Shown here: piece by piece, positions 50,662 through 64,000 of the stretch
Layout: each line of letters starts with the position of its first letter
Position numbering within the stretch: the stretch's first letter is position 1
NCBI RefSeq assembly: GCF_023055435.1
Contig: NW_025963779.1
Coordinates: forward strand, 65,968,001 to 66,032,000
Reading direction: 5' to 3'
Length of the DNA: 64,000 nt
Source: Haliotis rufescens
Lineage: Eukaryota
The notes under the pieces: model-generated
Databases searched by the model: none
Told to the model about the DNA's origin: nothing
The model's input: the letters and a program-made list of their open reading frames with translations, nothing else
Position numbers and translations under genes: made by a program

Positions 50662-53600
50662 ATGACGATTAAAGGAATTTTTCTCAGATGTTTTTTCTTC
50701 GGACTGGCCTGTTTTTATTCAACGTTCGTTTCGTTCACTTTATTTGTGGGGTTTGTGAAACACCCTATCGTATTCTGTTCACGAAAGAAACGAAATGTGA
50801 TGCCATCAGTTCTGAACGACCCGGACTTGGGGACGCATGGCTATCTTCACTTGGAGGTGAGTCAAGAAATCATTAGAGCTTTACTCAACCCTGTACATTT
50901 GATTTATTCTTTGCAAATTATGTGTGCTTCTGTTCTTAATTATGCAGACGTTTTTACGTCTTTACTGTCAATTTAGATTTCACAACATAAATTTTACAAA
51001 GTAGGGCAACACTGGTCTCGGTTTACAAGAGCGTGCAGTCAACAGACTTATCACTATTCTTACGCGTCAATAAGCTGCTGAGACATATTAATACACAATA
51101 TTGATTTTATTATATTAATCTAAGATATTATGATGAACATATATGTAATCATTAATGACATGATTATCATTTTCACATTTTCCAAGGTGTATGTATAATT
51201 GAAGTAATCGTTATCAACATGAATTTCCATAAACGTTTCTACAGAAAACTTTTTAAAATATCAATGTGACCATAGTTACATGTGTACCCACAAATGCATG
51301 CTCCCAAACATCAAGGTTCATATGTGGTGTAATCACAAGCGCACAACATTTTTGTACAGGCGAGTGCAGTCGCGACAGGCTTATCGCTATCATGGATACC
51401 GGTATATTGTGGACTTAGGACTAAAATTGAGCAGAGTCACGGTCACTTGTGCTCAGTCATATTCTATACGTCTTAGTCATCAACATTGGGACATACTGAT
51501 TTCCGATATTAATTGTATATTGATAATCTAAGTTATTATTATGAACATAATCATTACAGCAATTTCACTGGTGTATACATTTATATAAACTGACGGCCAA
51601 AAGAAAATGTCCATAGCTATAAATCACTCTAGTTTAAAAACAATAAAGATAGATGCATGAAGTAATATGTTTTTAAAAGATCAAAATCTCAATGAAATCA
51701 ACATTTATGATGACAGTCATACGGCATCTGATGTTGGTATGCCAGTTGCCCGCATTGAGGTGGGGTAGCAAAAACAAGCTTTCAACGTAATGGACAAAGG
51801 TCACACATCTAAAAATCGCTCAAGTTCAATGACACGTTTATTTGTCATGCTAAAATGGGGTTGTTGCCCTATGAGTACCACGTGAACCTGTAAATTGGTG
51901 CATTTACATGTCTACGTAACCTGTCAATACATTGCATGTGTATTTGCTAACACGGCTTGTATCATCATCATGACTCAGCATGACAAGCAGTTTCTACAGT
52001 GTGTTTAGTATTAGAATGATCAGTTCAGCGTGGTAAAACACACAAATTGAATGTACATGCATAAAGTCTACAACTCTAAAGCGAAAATAACTGTATAATA
52101 ATCAAAGTTTCGGCGGATAATCAAGACTGGTTATTTTCTTGCATTGACAATGTATATTATTTATAAATGTTTTAAAATATTGTTAATTTATTAATATTAC
52201 TAATGAACCAGGTTTGATTGTACTGATGTTAGGTATGTACGTATAGTGTATACAAGAAATACATGTAGTTATTACAATCTAGTGGCAAATCTAAACTTTC
52301 GCAGTCCTCCCGAACTGAACATTTTATTTCCATCCTTGTTTCATTCTTCTGGAGAAGTCCAACAACAAGTACATCGGGGTTTTGAGGCGTTTTCTAATGT
52401 AGAACCTTACATTGAAGGTATATACATGCCCATTGAGGTAGATTAAACTAGTCAATATTGTGTAGAGTTTTTAATTTTTTTAAACGATTTCTTAATTTGT
52501 TGATGAATACACGTACATTTTTTTGTAATCGCAATTCATTGTAGCTGTTGCAATTGTAACTTTATTTATGTGCGGATTGACTAATACCTTCAGTGAAACC
52601 TCTTATTATAATTAGGTAAGTTTTCTCTTGAATACACAATGTCACTCGCCAATCAGAGAGTCGGCCTAAATTACATTATCTTCCCGAGGCAAGAGCGTTA
52701 ACTGACTTTAAAAGTCCAGTTTCCACCCTTGCCGAACCAGGCTGGAATTCCTGTGCTCGATCGTAGCGCCACCAGTGGCAAATGCATGTGATACGAGAGG
52801 TGGAATCTGATTGGTCCATATGGGAGAGGCATAGAATGGACATAACTCGTTATAGCCACTGGCGGCGCTACGATCGAGCCCAGGAATTCCAGCCTAGTTC
52901 GGCAAGGGTGGAAACTGGACTTTTATAGTCAGTTAACTCTCTTGCCTCGGGAAGATGAAATTACAGGTGAGTCTACAATACCTGCTCCCTCTTTCATATT
53001 TGATCAGTCTGCCACACCAAGCGTGAATAAACAGTTACACAGGTCTTGCTTTGGGCAAATACCTAGCAGGTGTACATATTTTTTGTGGATACATGTATTA
53101 CATATCTCCTTAATTGTCGATAAATTAGGCACAAAGACACAAAACAAATTCAAATTTATCTTCTGTGTGAAGCACAATGACGCAAGAACTGAAAAGCCAA
53201 GTATTACGTGGATTCACTCACGGGAGCAGTGAGTGAGTTGTGTTTAACGCCACTTGTAACACATATTCCATGTACATCACGGCGTTTCAGCTTAATGTGG
53301 GAGGAAAGCCCGAAGTGATGCAGGTCTTAGACGGTGAAACCCACGAGCATGGGTATGGTGCTGACAAACCTAGAAACATTATTGGGGCGAAATCATAGGT
53401 TTCTGGCATGACCAAGGGACGCAACTCTTTACAGCGAATCGCGGCGCGTTATATTAGCCGGATGGGCCACCTATGCGCCCCACTCAAGGGAGCCATACAT
53501 ATTGTGTGTTGTGTCCTTTCCTATGAAAACTGTGGCACTCAAATATTTTTAATTGTAGTAAATACAAAATTGAATAAAACTTGGTAACTCAAAGTTAATT

Positions 53601-56600
53601 GTCGTGTCTCCGATAGATATGATTGGCAGTTTATTGACAGCTTTGGTTAATAGGGATTATTAAATCACTTTCTCTTATTCGCTTGATAATTAGATTTTTT
53701 TTAGTTATAAAGATAAAGACCCGGAGTTATAGACCCTTTCGAGTCTATTCTCAAGCATGATTTATTTTCCGACGACATATGTTGAATGAAAGGAATTAAA
53801 AAGAAATTCGTTTTATAATAATATTTTACAAAACTGTTTATGAACAAATTCCAAAACTTATACAACCGTTCTACATTTCGTTCCACTGGACGTGAATCAT
53901 TCAACTCGCTGGGGAAGGTCGAAAGTCGTATACGGCTTTGAAGTGCATATACAGTGTATAAGTATAACTATACGCATAATACATATTCATGATGACCAAT
54001 TAATCTCTTTCCTAATTCGAATGAGCACATTCTGAATATATAAACTTGCAAAATGACCGACAAAATCCAATTCTTATTTGTACAATACAAACGTTCATGT
54101 AGTGCCTGATAAAACAGACAATAACTGAATAATCTAAAACGTATCACAAAATTCCTGCGGTGTCTCCGTGGACGTTTTGCGACAAATACTTTTCCGACGT
54201 GTAAGTTTCTGGAGAACAATTACAACCCGTAATCCCCAATTGGTTGTTACGAGGCATACGTGATAAAGGAGTTTAAACAAATTTCTATCACAAAGGACAA
54301 GAGATAAATTTTAATTGCCAATTTTATTTATTATGTCTTAGGGCACTATGGTTACCGGTCCAGATTTTACGTTCACATATCAGCAATCAGAGAAGAAGTT
54401 TTCAATGTTCATCATGTCCATGACTGTAATACCAACGAGATAGGAAAACACATTCACAACCAAAGCGTGATGTTGCATGGCTCATCATACTAGCTTTTAA
54501 AGATATATGCTGCCCTGGGTTTGTGAAATACTGGATTGATCAGTCAGAGGTTTGAAGTCACAATAATTACCTCTGATTGAAACAGCTTATTCGACGGCCG
54601 CAGCACTGAGTTTCTAACAATAACTAAATTACGTGTGACGATACATATCAGGTAGAGTGAGTGAGTGAGTATGGTTTTACGCCGCTTTTAGCAATATTCC
54701 AGCAATATCACGGCGGGGGACACCAGAAATGGGCTTCACACATTGTACCCATGTCGGGAATCGAACCCGGGTCTTCGGCGTGACGAGCGAACGCTTTAAC
54801 CACTAGGCTACCCGACCGCCCCCCATATCAGGTAGAAGACACAATATAAATTCGCTAAGGAAGGGTACTACACATTTTGTGGGCAACAGACAGCTTGAAA
54901 TATGGATCTACACTATCCTTAGCTGCGATGTTATAGCTACTGAGTCACCACGAAGGCGACTATGCTTGTCGTAAGAGGCGACTAACGGGATCGGGTAACA
55001 CTTGCCTGGTGTTCCTGTAATAAAACAACATGTTCACTGTAAAAGTGATAAACTTGGATACATTATAAGAATTATGTTAAACGTTCCATGCAAATTGTAA
55101 CATCTTGACTATTTCAACTAACGGGATCAGGTGGTCAGGCTCGCTGACTTGGTTGATGCATGTCGTCGTATCCCAATTGTGTGGATCGATGCTCATGATA
55201 TCAATCAATGGATTGTCTGGTCCAGATTCGATCATTTACAGACCGTCCTCATAATAGCTTGGATATTACTGAGTGCGGCCTTAAACAACAAACAAACAAA
55301 ACAAACAATGTTTTAAGACGATGATCAGTGGTCTCCCTTAAATTCTAACCATTGCTATCATGGCTTATTGAAAAACTATTCAAAACGTTGAACCCTAGCT
55401 GACCCCGCTAACACTGTTTTAGTCATTTGTCATGTTAATCAAGATTTAGTTAATTCTGTAAATACAATTTTAATTTTTTTTATGAACATGTTAAAGTTTG
55501 ATAGGATATGTGAAAGTGAAAACATGAAACATTTTATAGTTAAGAAATGAAGAACTTATTCTACATAAAAAGTTTCATGTTTGTGACACATTTTGTTTGG
55601 AATCAAATTTATGCTGATGCAAATACTGCAGCATGTGTACGGTGCACTTCCTATTTCAGGAGGTAAAGATCCACTACGTTGCCCAGGGCGACGAGACCAA
55701 GCCGCTGATGCTGTTTGTCCATGGATTTCCAGAGTTCTGGTACTCATGGCGATACCAGCTGCGGAAGTTCAAGAAGGATTACAGGTGAACAGGACAGCGT
55801 CCATTGACCCATATACTATGTTTACTGGGTCTATTCAATGATCATGGTGATGTAACATATTACATGTAACCCGTGAAGATCCGGGGTATAACAGACCTTA
55901 AGCAACCCATACTTGTCGTAAGAGGGGACTAACGGGATCTGGTGGTCAGGCTCGCTGACTTGGTTGATGCATGTCATCAAATCCCAATTGCGTGGATCGA
56001 TGTTCATTATGTCGATCACGGGATTGTCTAGCCCAGACACGATTATTTACAGAGCGCCTTCATATAGCTGAAATATGGCTGAGTACGGCGTTAAACAACA
56101 CACACACAAACATGATGGCATGTTGAATAACATTTATATCAGTACCTGGGGATACTGGTGGTGCAGCTGTGTAAGGCGTAACTCTTCACTGTGATTGGGG
56201 GCATTATCAGAAACCGATGATCATGTTTCTAGGTCTGTCAGCACCACACCCGTACTCATGGGTTTCTCCTCAATGGTATACGCCATTGAGACCTACACAT
56301 CAAACTCAGAGACCTGTTTACATCCTTATCAGACAGTAATCATCCTTATCAGAGAGTAGCCTGCCCTATCAGAAAGTTACCAAGCGTATCCAATAGTAAA
56401 AGAGTATCCACCTTTCATATAGTTACCCACCAAATTAACACTACGATCAGATAGTTACCAGCTGTTATATTTACCAGTCTTACCAGAAAGATACACGCAC
56501 GATCACACAGTTACTGATTCTGCAAATGTGATAAATCATGTACTGTTGCTCCAACTGTGACCTTTGTTTTTCTTTCTTTATTTTTATCACATGTCAAGTT

Positions 56601-59600
56601 TGAAGACCTGTGTGTTTCTTTTCCCAGGGTTGTGGCCATTGATTTGAGAGGCTATGGTGACTCCGACAAGCCTTCCGGTGTTGCCAATTACCAGATGTCC
56701 AAGATTGTGTCCGATCTTAAACAAGTCATCCCTGCTCTTGGTAACATTTAATTTACCCCTATGTGCATTCCGGGTATGAATTCTTTTAAAGCTATTTATG
56801 TCACAAAATGTGTGGAGGTAGATTGGTAAAGATATAATTACATATCAATGCCGCTCCAGATGTCGTACAATGTAATCAGTTATGCTGTACAGTCAAGGAT
56901 AAACATTAAGGTATTATATTGTATACAAACATAGATATCGACTCTGAAGTCAAACATTTGTAAGCAAAAAGGAAATAAATGTTGCGAATTTAAACGACAG
57001 TTTGCAATTTGATAAAATTTGGAAATCTCGGAGAGGCGTATGTAAATCTGTGAACGGATTTAGATATTTCAACTTTATATTTGCTGTAACATTTACATTT
57101 CCAAAAAGAATAGGGTTTCTTCTTATAACAGTGCAGTTGGTACAAGTAAAGAAACAGTGGAGTGCGTCTTCATAGTGGAAGTCACAAGACCAACGGTTAC
57201 GAGTTAGTGCTAAAACACGACTACGAGGGTTTGGTTGAAAATGTAACACCGCGAGCGATCTTTTACATTTTTAAACAAAACCGAGGAGTTATTGAACTAG
57301 ATTATGAACCATCTAAATGCAGGAAAATCCAGAAAGAATAGAAAACATAGGGGTACCTTTCAGTAAAACAATACAGTAAGCGCGGTATACAACGAATTCG
57401 ATGACAGCGAACAGAGGAAGACTATGTGCAACATGCAGACAACTGAAATTAGTGACATGTAAGATTAAGCACCGATGTTTATCACCTGTCGCGGTGGCTT
57501 AGTGGACAAACAGTTGCAGTTCCATTCGCAACATGGAATTTTCATTTAAACAAATCGCGACAATTAACCAGTCAAAAGTCTACATTAGACGCTCATTAAA
57601 AAGGATGTTTTTAAATCTTCAGTTAATTTAGAACGTCGAGGGCATTCTCCCGGAATACTAGCCACTGAGTTTGTGGGCTTTCCACTATTTAAAGTAACCT
57701 TAGGAAATTGGGATGACGTCACAATTGGTATATGAATGGCCCCCATCTAGGACTTAAGGGGCGAGACCGAGGACTTAATTGATTGGGTGATCAGGATCGG
57801 TGACTTGGTTATGGCGTGTCATCGTATCCCGACGGCAGAGATTGCTGCTCATGAATATTAATCACTGGATTGTCTGATCGTAACTCATTTTTTCTAGAAA
57901 ATCTTCAGGTAGCTTAGATAGCAACAAACAGTAAAATAAACAATGCATCTACCTCTGTATCCCCCTCCATGTAATCAATGCAGTGATCCATGGACATGAC
58001 CCAACTGTAGTTTCAGTTTGGAAGTGTTGTAAACAAGTCAACGAGGTGCTACCTGTTGCCTTTTAATTAAGAATTCGAGTAAGATCTGCTGATTGTACAT
58101 TTCTTTCCTAGAGGATAATGAAAAATATGTTACATATTTTGTCTATGTCATAGAATTCTCAGGTCTACTTTATCATAGTATATATGAAATATTTTCTTTA
58201 GAAGGTATTTCAAACATATTTATGTATACCTGCTAAATCAACCATCAGCCCACACAACGGAAATACACACTATTTATATATATATGTGTGAATTGAAATA
58301 AAAATTGCTCCTGTCCTCCAGGCTACAGATCCTGTGTGCTGGTAGCCCATGACTGGGGTGGTGCCATTGCCTGGACATTCACTGCCATGCACCCAGAACT
58401 GGTCGACAAACTGATTGTAATGAACTGTCCCCATCCAGGCATCTTTCGGAGCTACATGGAGAAGAATATGGCGCAGTTCAAGAAATCTTGGTAACACAAA
58501 TATAATTTGACGCATCAGTGAGAAAATGAAGTCCAATGCAATTCCCTATTTTGACTTGTACCATATGTTCCCATGTTTTTTCAGATGAACAGTTGACTTG
58601 CCTTTGCATGTGTTTGTATAACCTTTCTGGTCAAATAATGGTAATATAATATTACAGAAAACTGCTTCGCCTGTGCTACAGAGCTACAGAGGCTATATTT
58701 TTACGACACTGCCAGCGGGTTATTTTCCGAGTTATATAAAGTGAGTGGTATTTGCTTCAGGTACGTATTCTTCTTCCAAGTTCCATTTCTTCCCGAGTTG
58801 TCACTGAGAGCAAATGACATGAAAGCTCTGGAAAGAATCTTCACGGGGCGTAAGGGTGGTGTCACCACGGGCAAATGCAGCACTGACGATATAGAGGCCT
58901 ACAAATATGCTTTCTCTAGACCAGGTAAATGTAATGTACCTGTGTAATGGTTACAAATTATGATATTATGGTAATAGGAGCACAGCTGTGATGACCTGTT
59001 GGAATTGTTTTGTGGCGGAAGGGGAGTACTTTAACCTACTTATTCAGCAGATATCATTGCATTATTTTACTTGATGTCAAGGCTGTACATGTGGAGTTGT
59101 CCTAGGTTCAATAGATTGTCAGGGAGTTTGTTGGGTACATGTATTTGGAATAAGAGCACATTGTAAGGTAACTGAGTATGACGATTATCAGTATTTATTC
59201 ATGTTATATTAAGATGAATTGTCAGTACTGATGTCCACAAATAATACTTTAACTTGTCTCGATGTCTTACATTCTCATCCTTCAAGAGCTTCATGTAGTT
59301 GTGGGTACTGATTAGTCAAATGACCATTTGCCTATGGACATTATTGACCAGGTAACATATATACATAGGATCCGTACTGTTTATAATCAATTGTTCAAGG
59401 GGTTTTAGTCCCATGGCCCTTAGCTTGTTCTTGTTCTCAATGCCCCACTCAGCCAGCATCTTGGACACCTGGAGCCAACCCTGGGAGTTTCAGCTTGTGA
59501 CACTGCGACTCATGCAGATTGTTTGTATGTATTCAACACCATGCTAAGCTTTTGTTTCCAACCTCCAGGTGCTGCCACAGCTGCCATCAATTATTATCGA

Positions 59601-59819
59601 GCTACAATGCGGTTCCCAGCGAGAAGGATCCCGAGGATCTCCTGCCCGGTGCTGACCATCTGGGGCTGCAAGGACACAGCCCTGGAGACAGGCTTGGCCG
59701 CTGCTGCTAGTGCTGTTGTAGACAACCACACAGTCAAATACATAGAGGAGGCTAGTCACTGGGTCATGATGGACACTCCGGACCAAGTTAACAAACACAT
59801 GACTGATTTTCTTAAGTAA
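50662..59819 (+). CDS. EPHX4: Epoxide hydrolase 4-like copy D, complete 6-exon gene, 338 aa
   Basis: Exons 50662-50856, 55660-55784, 56628-56740, 58322-58490, 58761-58924, 59569-59819. All GT-AG, 1017 nt with stop. HGFPE, DLRGYG, HDWGG, NYYR, WGCKD, ASHWV. Confidence 0.93.
52678..52956. mobile_element. MITE-like foldback with ~105-bp inverted arms
   Basis: ATCTTCCCGAGGCAAGAG...AGCGCCACCAGTGGC is mirrored by GCCACTGGCGGCGCT...CTCTTGCCTCGGGAAGAT. Confidence 0.9.
53230..53482 (-). mobile_element. SINE family 4 copy
   Basis: Similar to 27295-27540; B-box region deleted. Confidence 0.7.
54657..54823 (-). mobile_element. tRNA-derived SINE family 2
   Basis: Perfect 13-bp TSD CATATCAGGTAGA at 54644-54656 and 54824-54836. 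Confidence 0.92.
54953..55308 (+). mobile_element. Family 3 retroposon, split
   Basis: Head piece 54953-54996 and body 55117-55308 with (CAAA)n tail. Confidence 0.75.
55870..56110 (+). mobile_element. Family 3 short retroposon, full length
   Basis: CCCGTGAAGATCCGGGG head through GGCGTTAAACAAC tail. Confidence 0.88.
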
Positions 59820-61104
59820 ATATGTGATGCTCAGATCACTGACGGAAACACATGAGATTTTCTGTAATATACATGTGACACTTGTAGAAACACATACAAA
59901 TATTAATATTATATATTATCAAGACTTTTCATATATGTATAAAAAGGTGATCAGCGAACGATTTGTGGAATAATCTCATCTGAGAGGCATTTTTATGCTG
60001 GAGACCATGTTGAGTAAAGGCAAAATGGTATATTTTCTTAAACTATCAAACAGACTTAACATAAAATTGTCTCCAACAGTAATGTGTACAGAGGGCCTAA
60101 AATATAGCGTACTGACATAATGTCATGACAATTAGATTGTTAGTACTGCAACACATGAGAAACTCTACCATAAAGATATATGTATGCTATTTTCCATGTT
60201 ACACAAAACAATATTATGTCAGGAACAATCAGACGTCGCTAAAAATAACATCCATTGTTGTTTTGTCACGGTACGAGAGATAAAGGAAGCTTGTTATAAC
60301 GTTCATGTTGATAACTTTCGCTGTAAGAATGATAAGGTAATAATATATTTACAAATGTTTATTTGACGAAAAATATGTTTTTATTGTTACAAATCTGTTG
60401 GGTTTTTTAAATTTGTTCGCGATGCAGCATAATAATTACCGGTATGTATCCCATCTAGTCCTACTGAAGTACCATACATAGTAAACTGGTAAGAGCTGTG
60501 ATGATTCGATATGCTATCGGTGCATCGCTTTGCAATATTTTATGTTTTAATACAGTCTGAGATATTATATTGTTAGGCTGTAGGTAAGATGGGGTCACTA
60601 GTCTCCTAGTTATGAGACTAAATTATAACTTGCAAGGACTCCTTTTTGCTTTTATTTACATGACATGTATTAATACGGGTGACTGGGGTTTTATGAGCTG
60701 ATTGGGCTTGTAGATGCTCGTTAAACCCATGATTACACCCTGCGGTTGAAACGTAACAAGACTATCATTACAAGTTCACACTTTACGAGGAATATTTTCG
60801 GAGATATATTCGTGTGTAACAACAACATCTATCTTAAGAGCCATCGGGATCTCACAAGCATGTCCGTACATGCAGGCCAACGGATTTTGTATAGGCATTT
60901 ACTCCAGTTAACTACATGGTCATTCACTTTGATGAAGGAGTCGCGGGTGGCCCAGTCGTCTTAGGCACCGCAATTCAAATAAGTATCATGACCTGCGTTA
61001 TTTACAAAAGAGTATTACAGCCTTGACTATACTTACAAATATAAACTTTTGCTTTTCAGGTAATATAAGTATAATTCAAGGCCATATGCGAATAAGTGTA
61101 TTTT

Positions 61105-61350
61105 TGTTTGTTTGTTTTTTGTTTTGCTTGTTTGTTTGATTTTAAGCGCCGCACTCAGCTATATGACGGCGGTCTATTAATAGTCAAGTCTGGACCAGAC
61201 AATCAAGAGAACATCGATGTGCGCAATTGGGAAACGATGACATGCATCAACAAAGTCAACGAGCCTGAACGACCGATCCTGTTAGTCGCCTCTTATGACA
61301 CAACACGCATGGGTTGCTGAAAAACAATTCTAACATGGAATCTTCAAGGG
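61105..61350 (-). mobile_element. Family 3 short retroposon
   Basis: Reverse-strand match to the family consensus. Confidence 0.8.
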
Positions 61351-62509
61351 GCTCTTGAGTAATAACCCCTCGTAATATTTGTATTTATTTATAAATATGT
61401 GTGCCTTTAAACCGAAATAGATATAATCCTCTGGTTCAATGTGTGAAAACTAGCGTTAGAAATCTTTTTCAGATTACGTATTGATGTGATTGTATATAGA
61501 TTTTTAATGAACAGACATCAGGTGTCTGTGATAATATATCAATTCATCAATCATGTTTTGAGAATAACATTTTATTTATGTTATCAGGAAGCGAGCGCAC
61601 GACTGGATGCATTTGAACTGGTTGTCATTTCTTTTTTAAGCTTCCGGTTGTTTTGTGTGAAGACTATGTATACAGGTTCAAATGGTACTGTCAACAATAT
61701 TTTGTCGTTATAATTTTATTGTGTTATTGAATTGATAAATACACTTGTAGAGTTTTATATTTATTTAGTCAGGAGGGAGGTGGGCTATATGATAAATCAC
61801 GGTGATCAGGGTGCAAGTTAAACGACAATGGTTGGCTGTGTCATCTCTTTTAAAGGCATTGGCTGACGTTACACCATCTATCACGTTATCGATAAAGCTA
61901 GCAGGGTGAATACAGCATTCGTAGCTGATGACTTGATCATGCACTGTAGTATGGCATTGAAGGGCGCAGCATTCTCAAGAATCCATTGCATGCAGATTCG
62001 AAAATCACGTCTATAATAGCATAAACACAAACCTAACCAAGTTAAAAAGCTCTGCATTAACGGGAAAATCTAGCTTCATAATATAAAATTCAGTTCAGCG
62101 TATTCGACGGAAGCTTGAGAAACGATCGAGTCAACACTCACGTCATGTTGACTATGATTTCACAAAAGGTGCATGTGTATTTTATATGGTATAAAACTAA
62201 TTGTAATTACCGTTAAGCAAGGCCAATAACGACGCACAAAAGACGCAAGACTCGCAATTGCATTGGTTGACATAAGTACGACATTTCTTACGACTATCTT
62301 CTCAATGCAAGGAGGCTTATCTCATGGTTCATTGTCGTAAGTAGACGCGGCCATGAATGATGGCTTGATGTTACGTTTTGTTTATTAGAGATGCTCTGAA
62401 CCTTTCTGATGCCTCAACGCTTGCAATACTGCCACACACAATGAGTATCTGTCGCACATTCCAAATTACGCACGGCGTTACTGATCACCTGTATATTTGA
62501 TGGGTATAG

Positions 62510-62890
62510 GCCGTAGCTTGTCACAGCTGACAAGTGAATATGTTTGCCTACCCCCTGATATGCCGGTGATTGGTTACTCCATGATTTGGTGTATGCATCA
62601 GATACACATTGTGTGTCTCACCAGGAGCATGTACAATACGAGAAACATGTTAATATGTACGTATATTTTTAATAAATAATCACGTTGACAAAACAGAACA
62701 ACACAGACCGTTATGATATTGACATGATGAGCTGTCATCTTTACTTTCCGTGGTTTCCATGGGATATTGTTCGCTTAACAAAATTAGCCAGGTTTCCATT
62801 AAATGACCACAGCCATATATTGGTAATTTTTAACTATGTACAAGGTTATCAATGATATAAAGCTAATGAACGTCACTATATAAGTACAAT
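62510..62890 (+). pseudogene. Orphan EPHX4-like upstream/promoter region without exon 1
   Basis: Reverse-complement similarity to upstream of A (960-1080 and 1200-1235) and C (41480-41525). Confidence 0.6.
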
Positions 62891-63191
62891 GTATATATGT
62901 ATGCATCTGCGTATATCCTGACGTCATATGTCTTAGTAATTATCACGTAGTATTGTACTTGTCTAATGAACAGTGGGCAGGGTTTAGATTTAATTTAAAT
63001 ACATATTAGCACCATAAGCATATATGGTACTGTATCATTATGCAATACAATTTTGGACAGGTTACTTACTACATGAGTAACATAGGTTTCTCGCTATTTT
63101 AAGTTCATGTAATTGAATGTCCATTAGATTTAAGGCCACTATGTATGTTATAATATATTATTATATATTATATTATTTTATATGGTTATTT

Positions 63192-63197
<6 letters not shown>

Positions 63198-63224
<27 letters not shown>
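63198..63224. repeat. (TA)n microsatellite
   Basis: Direct observation. Confidence 0.9.
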
Positions 63225-63227
<3 letters not shown>

Positions 63228-63835
63228 AATATCTTATTATTTATACATTGTTACAGGCCGTTTTTTGTCTTTCTCATATCTCTTCTGGGAGAATAAACAG
63301 CCATCAGCTCACACCCTGTAGCCGTTTGTTGTGTGTTCACGACCCCGACAACTAGGTGCTACTACACATTGACATGTGGCAGTATAAATATTATAGTTGA
63401 AAACTGGTGTTGGCATGTCAATAACCGCATTTAGATGTTTCTGGCTAAATGTACTTATTGACCAACGTATGTACATGTAGTTTGTATGAATGAAGTGCCC
63501 TACTGCATCAATAACATCGCTTTGAACTGTAGTACGGAAATGAGGATTTGGAATCTAATGGTTATGAATTTTTTCTCCGGGTCAGTTGTCAATGCTTATC
63601 ACAAAAGCAAAAATATAAATCGGAGGCATGGTCTAATTGTGTGACCTGGATGGTGGTGCGTGGACGTCGACCCAAAAGCATATATTGCTGTTCATTGTGT
63701 CAAGAATATGGTTTGTCTGGTCTATGGTCATGTAACGGTTATATGGCTGGAATATTACTCAGAACAACATTCATTCCTTGAAGATATGCTGATGTGGGAG
63801 TTGCTGCAAGTGTTTTTCCTACTTTATTTTAACTG

Positions 63836-63978
63836 GTAAGTGAGTATGGCCTTTCGCCGTTTTGAGCCATATTTCAGCAAAATCACAGCAGGACACCCAG
63901 AAGTGGTCTCCATATATTGTACCCATGTGGGGACTCAAACTTGGGCCTTTGGCGTAAAGACCGAGCACTGCCCCGCCA
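63836..63978 (-). mobile_element. Degenerate SINE family 2
   Basis: Diverged match, including ATTGTACCCATGT. Confidence 0.65.
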
Positions 63979-64000
63979 CGCAGAACACAGCATGCTACAA

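Noticed and set aside
52765-52780. CTCF-like motif in the foldback arms
   Set aside because: One base short of the consensus spacing and lies inside a probable MITE.

Overview
AT-rich eukaryotic (spliceosomal) genomic DNA. The SINE families look molluscan, probably abalone-like; this is inferred from recalled repeat sequences and was not checked. The window is a tandem cluster of membrane-anchored alpha/beta-hydrolase epoxide hydrolase genes (EPHX4/EPHX3-like). Three complete 6-exon genes can be spliced by hand with canonical GT-AG sites and matching phases: B (minus, 6908-22528, 335 aa), C (minus, 29358-41324, 330 aa) and D (plus, 50662-59819, 338 aa). Exon 1 of a fourth copy (A, minus, 649-843) continues off the left edge. 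Debris of at least four further copies lies between them: an orphan exon 2 split by a SINE, a collapsed intron1/exon6 relic, an orphan 3' flank and an orphan promoter. The intact paralogs keep the catalytic motifs but differ in cap-domain length and near the catalytic His, and they look mosaic. Introns and spacers are filled with three tRNA-derived SINE families, a tRNA-less retroposon with a structured 5' end, Tc1/mariner, Gypsy, DIRS/Ngaro, Penelope-like, L1/Tx1, CR1-like, R4-like and I/Nimb-like relics, hairpin MITEs, a 76-bp minisatellite and two N gaps. There are no true tRNA or rRNA genes and no CRISPR array.
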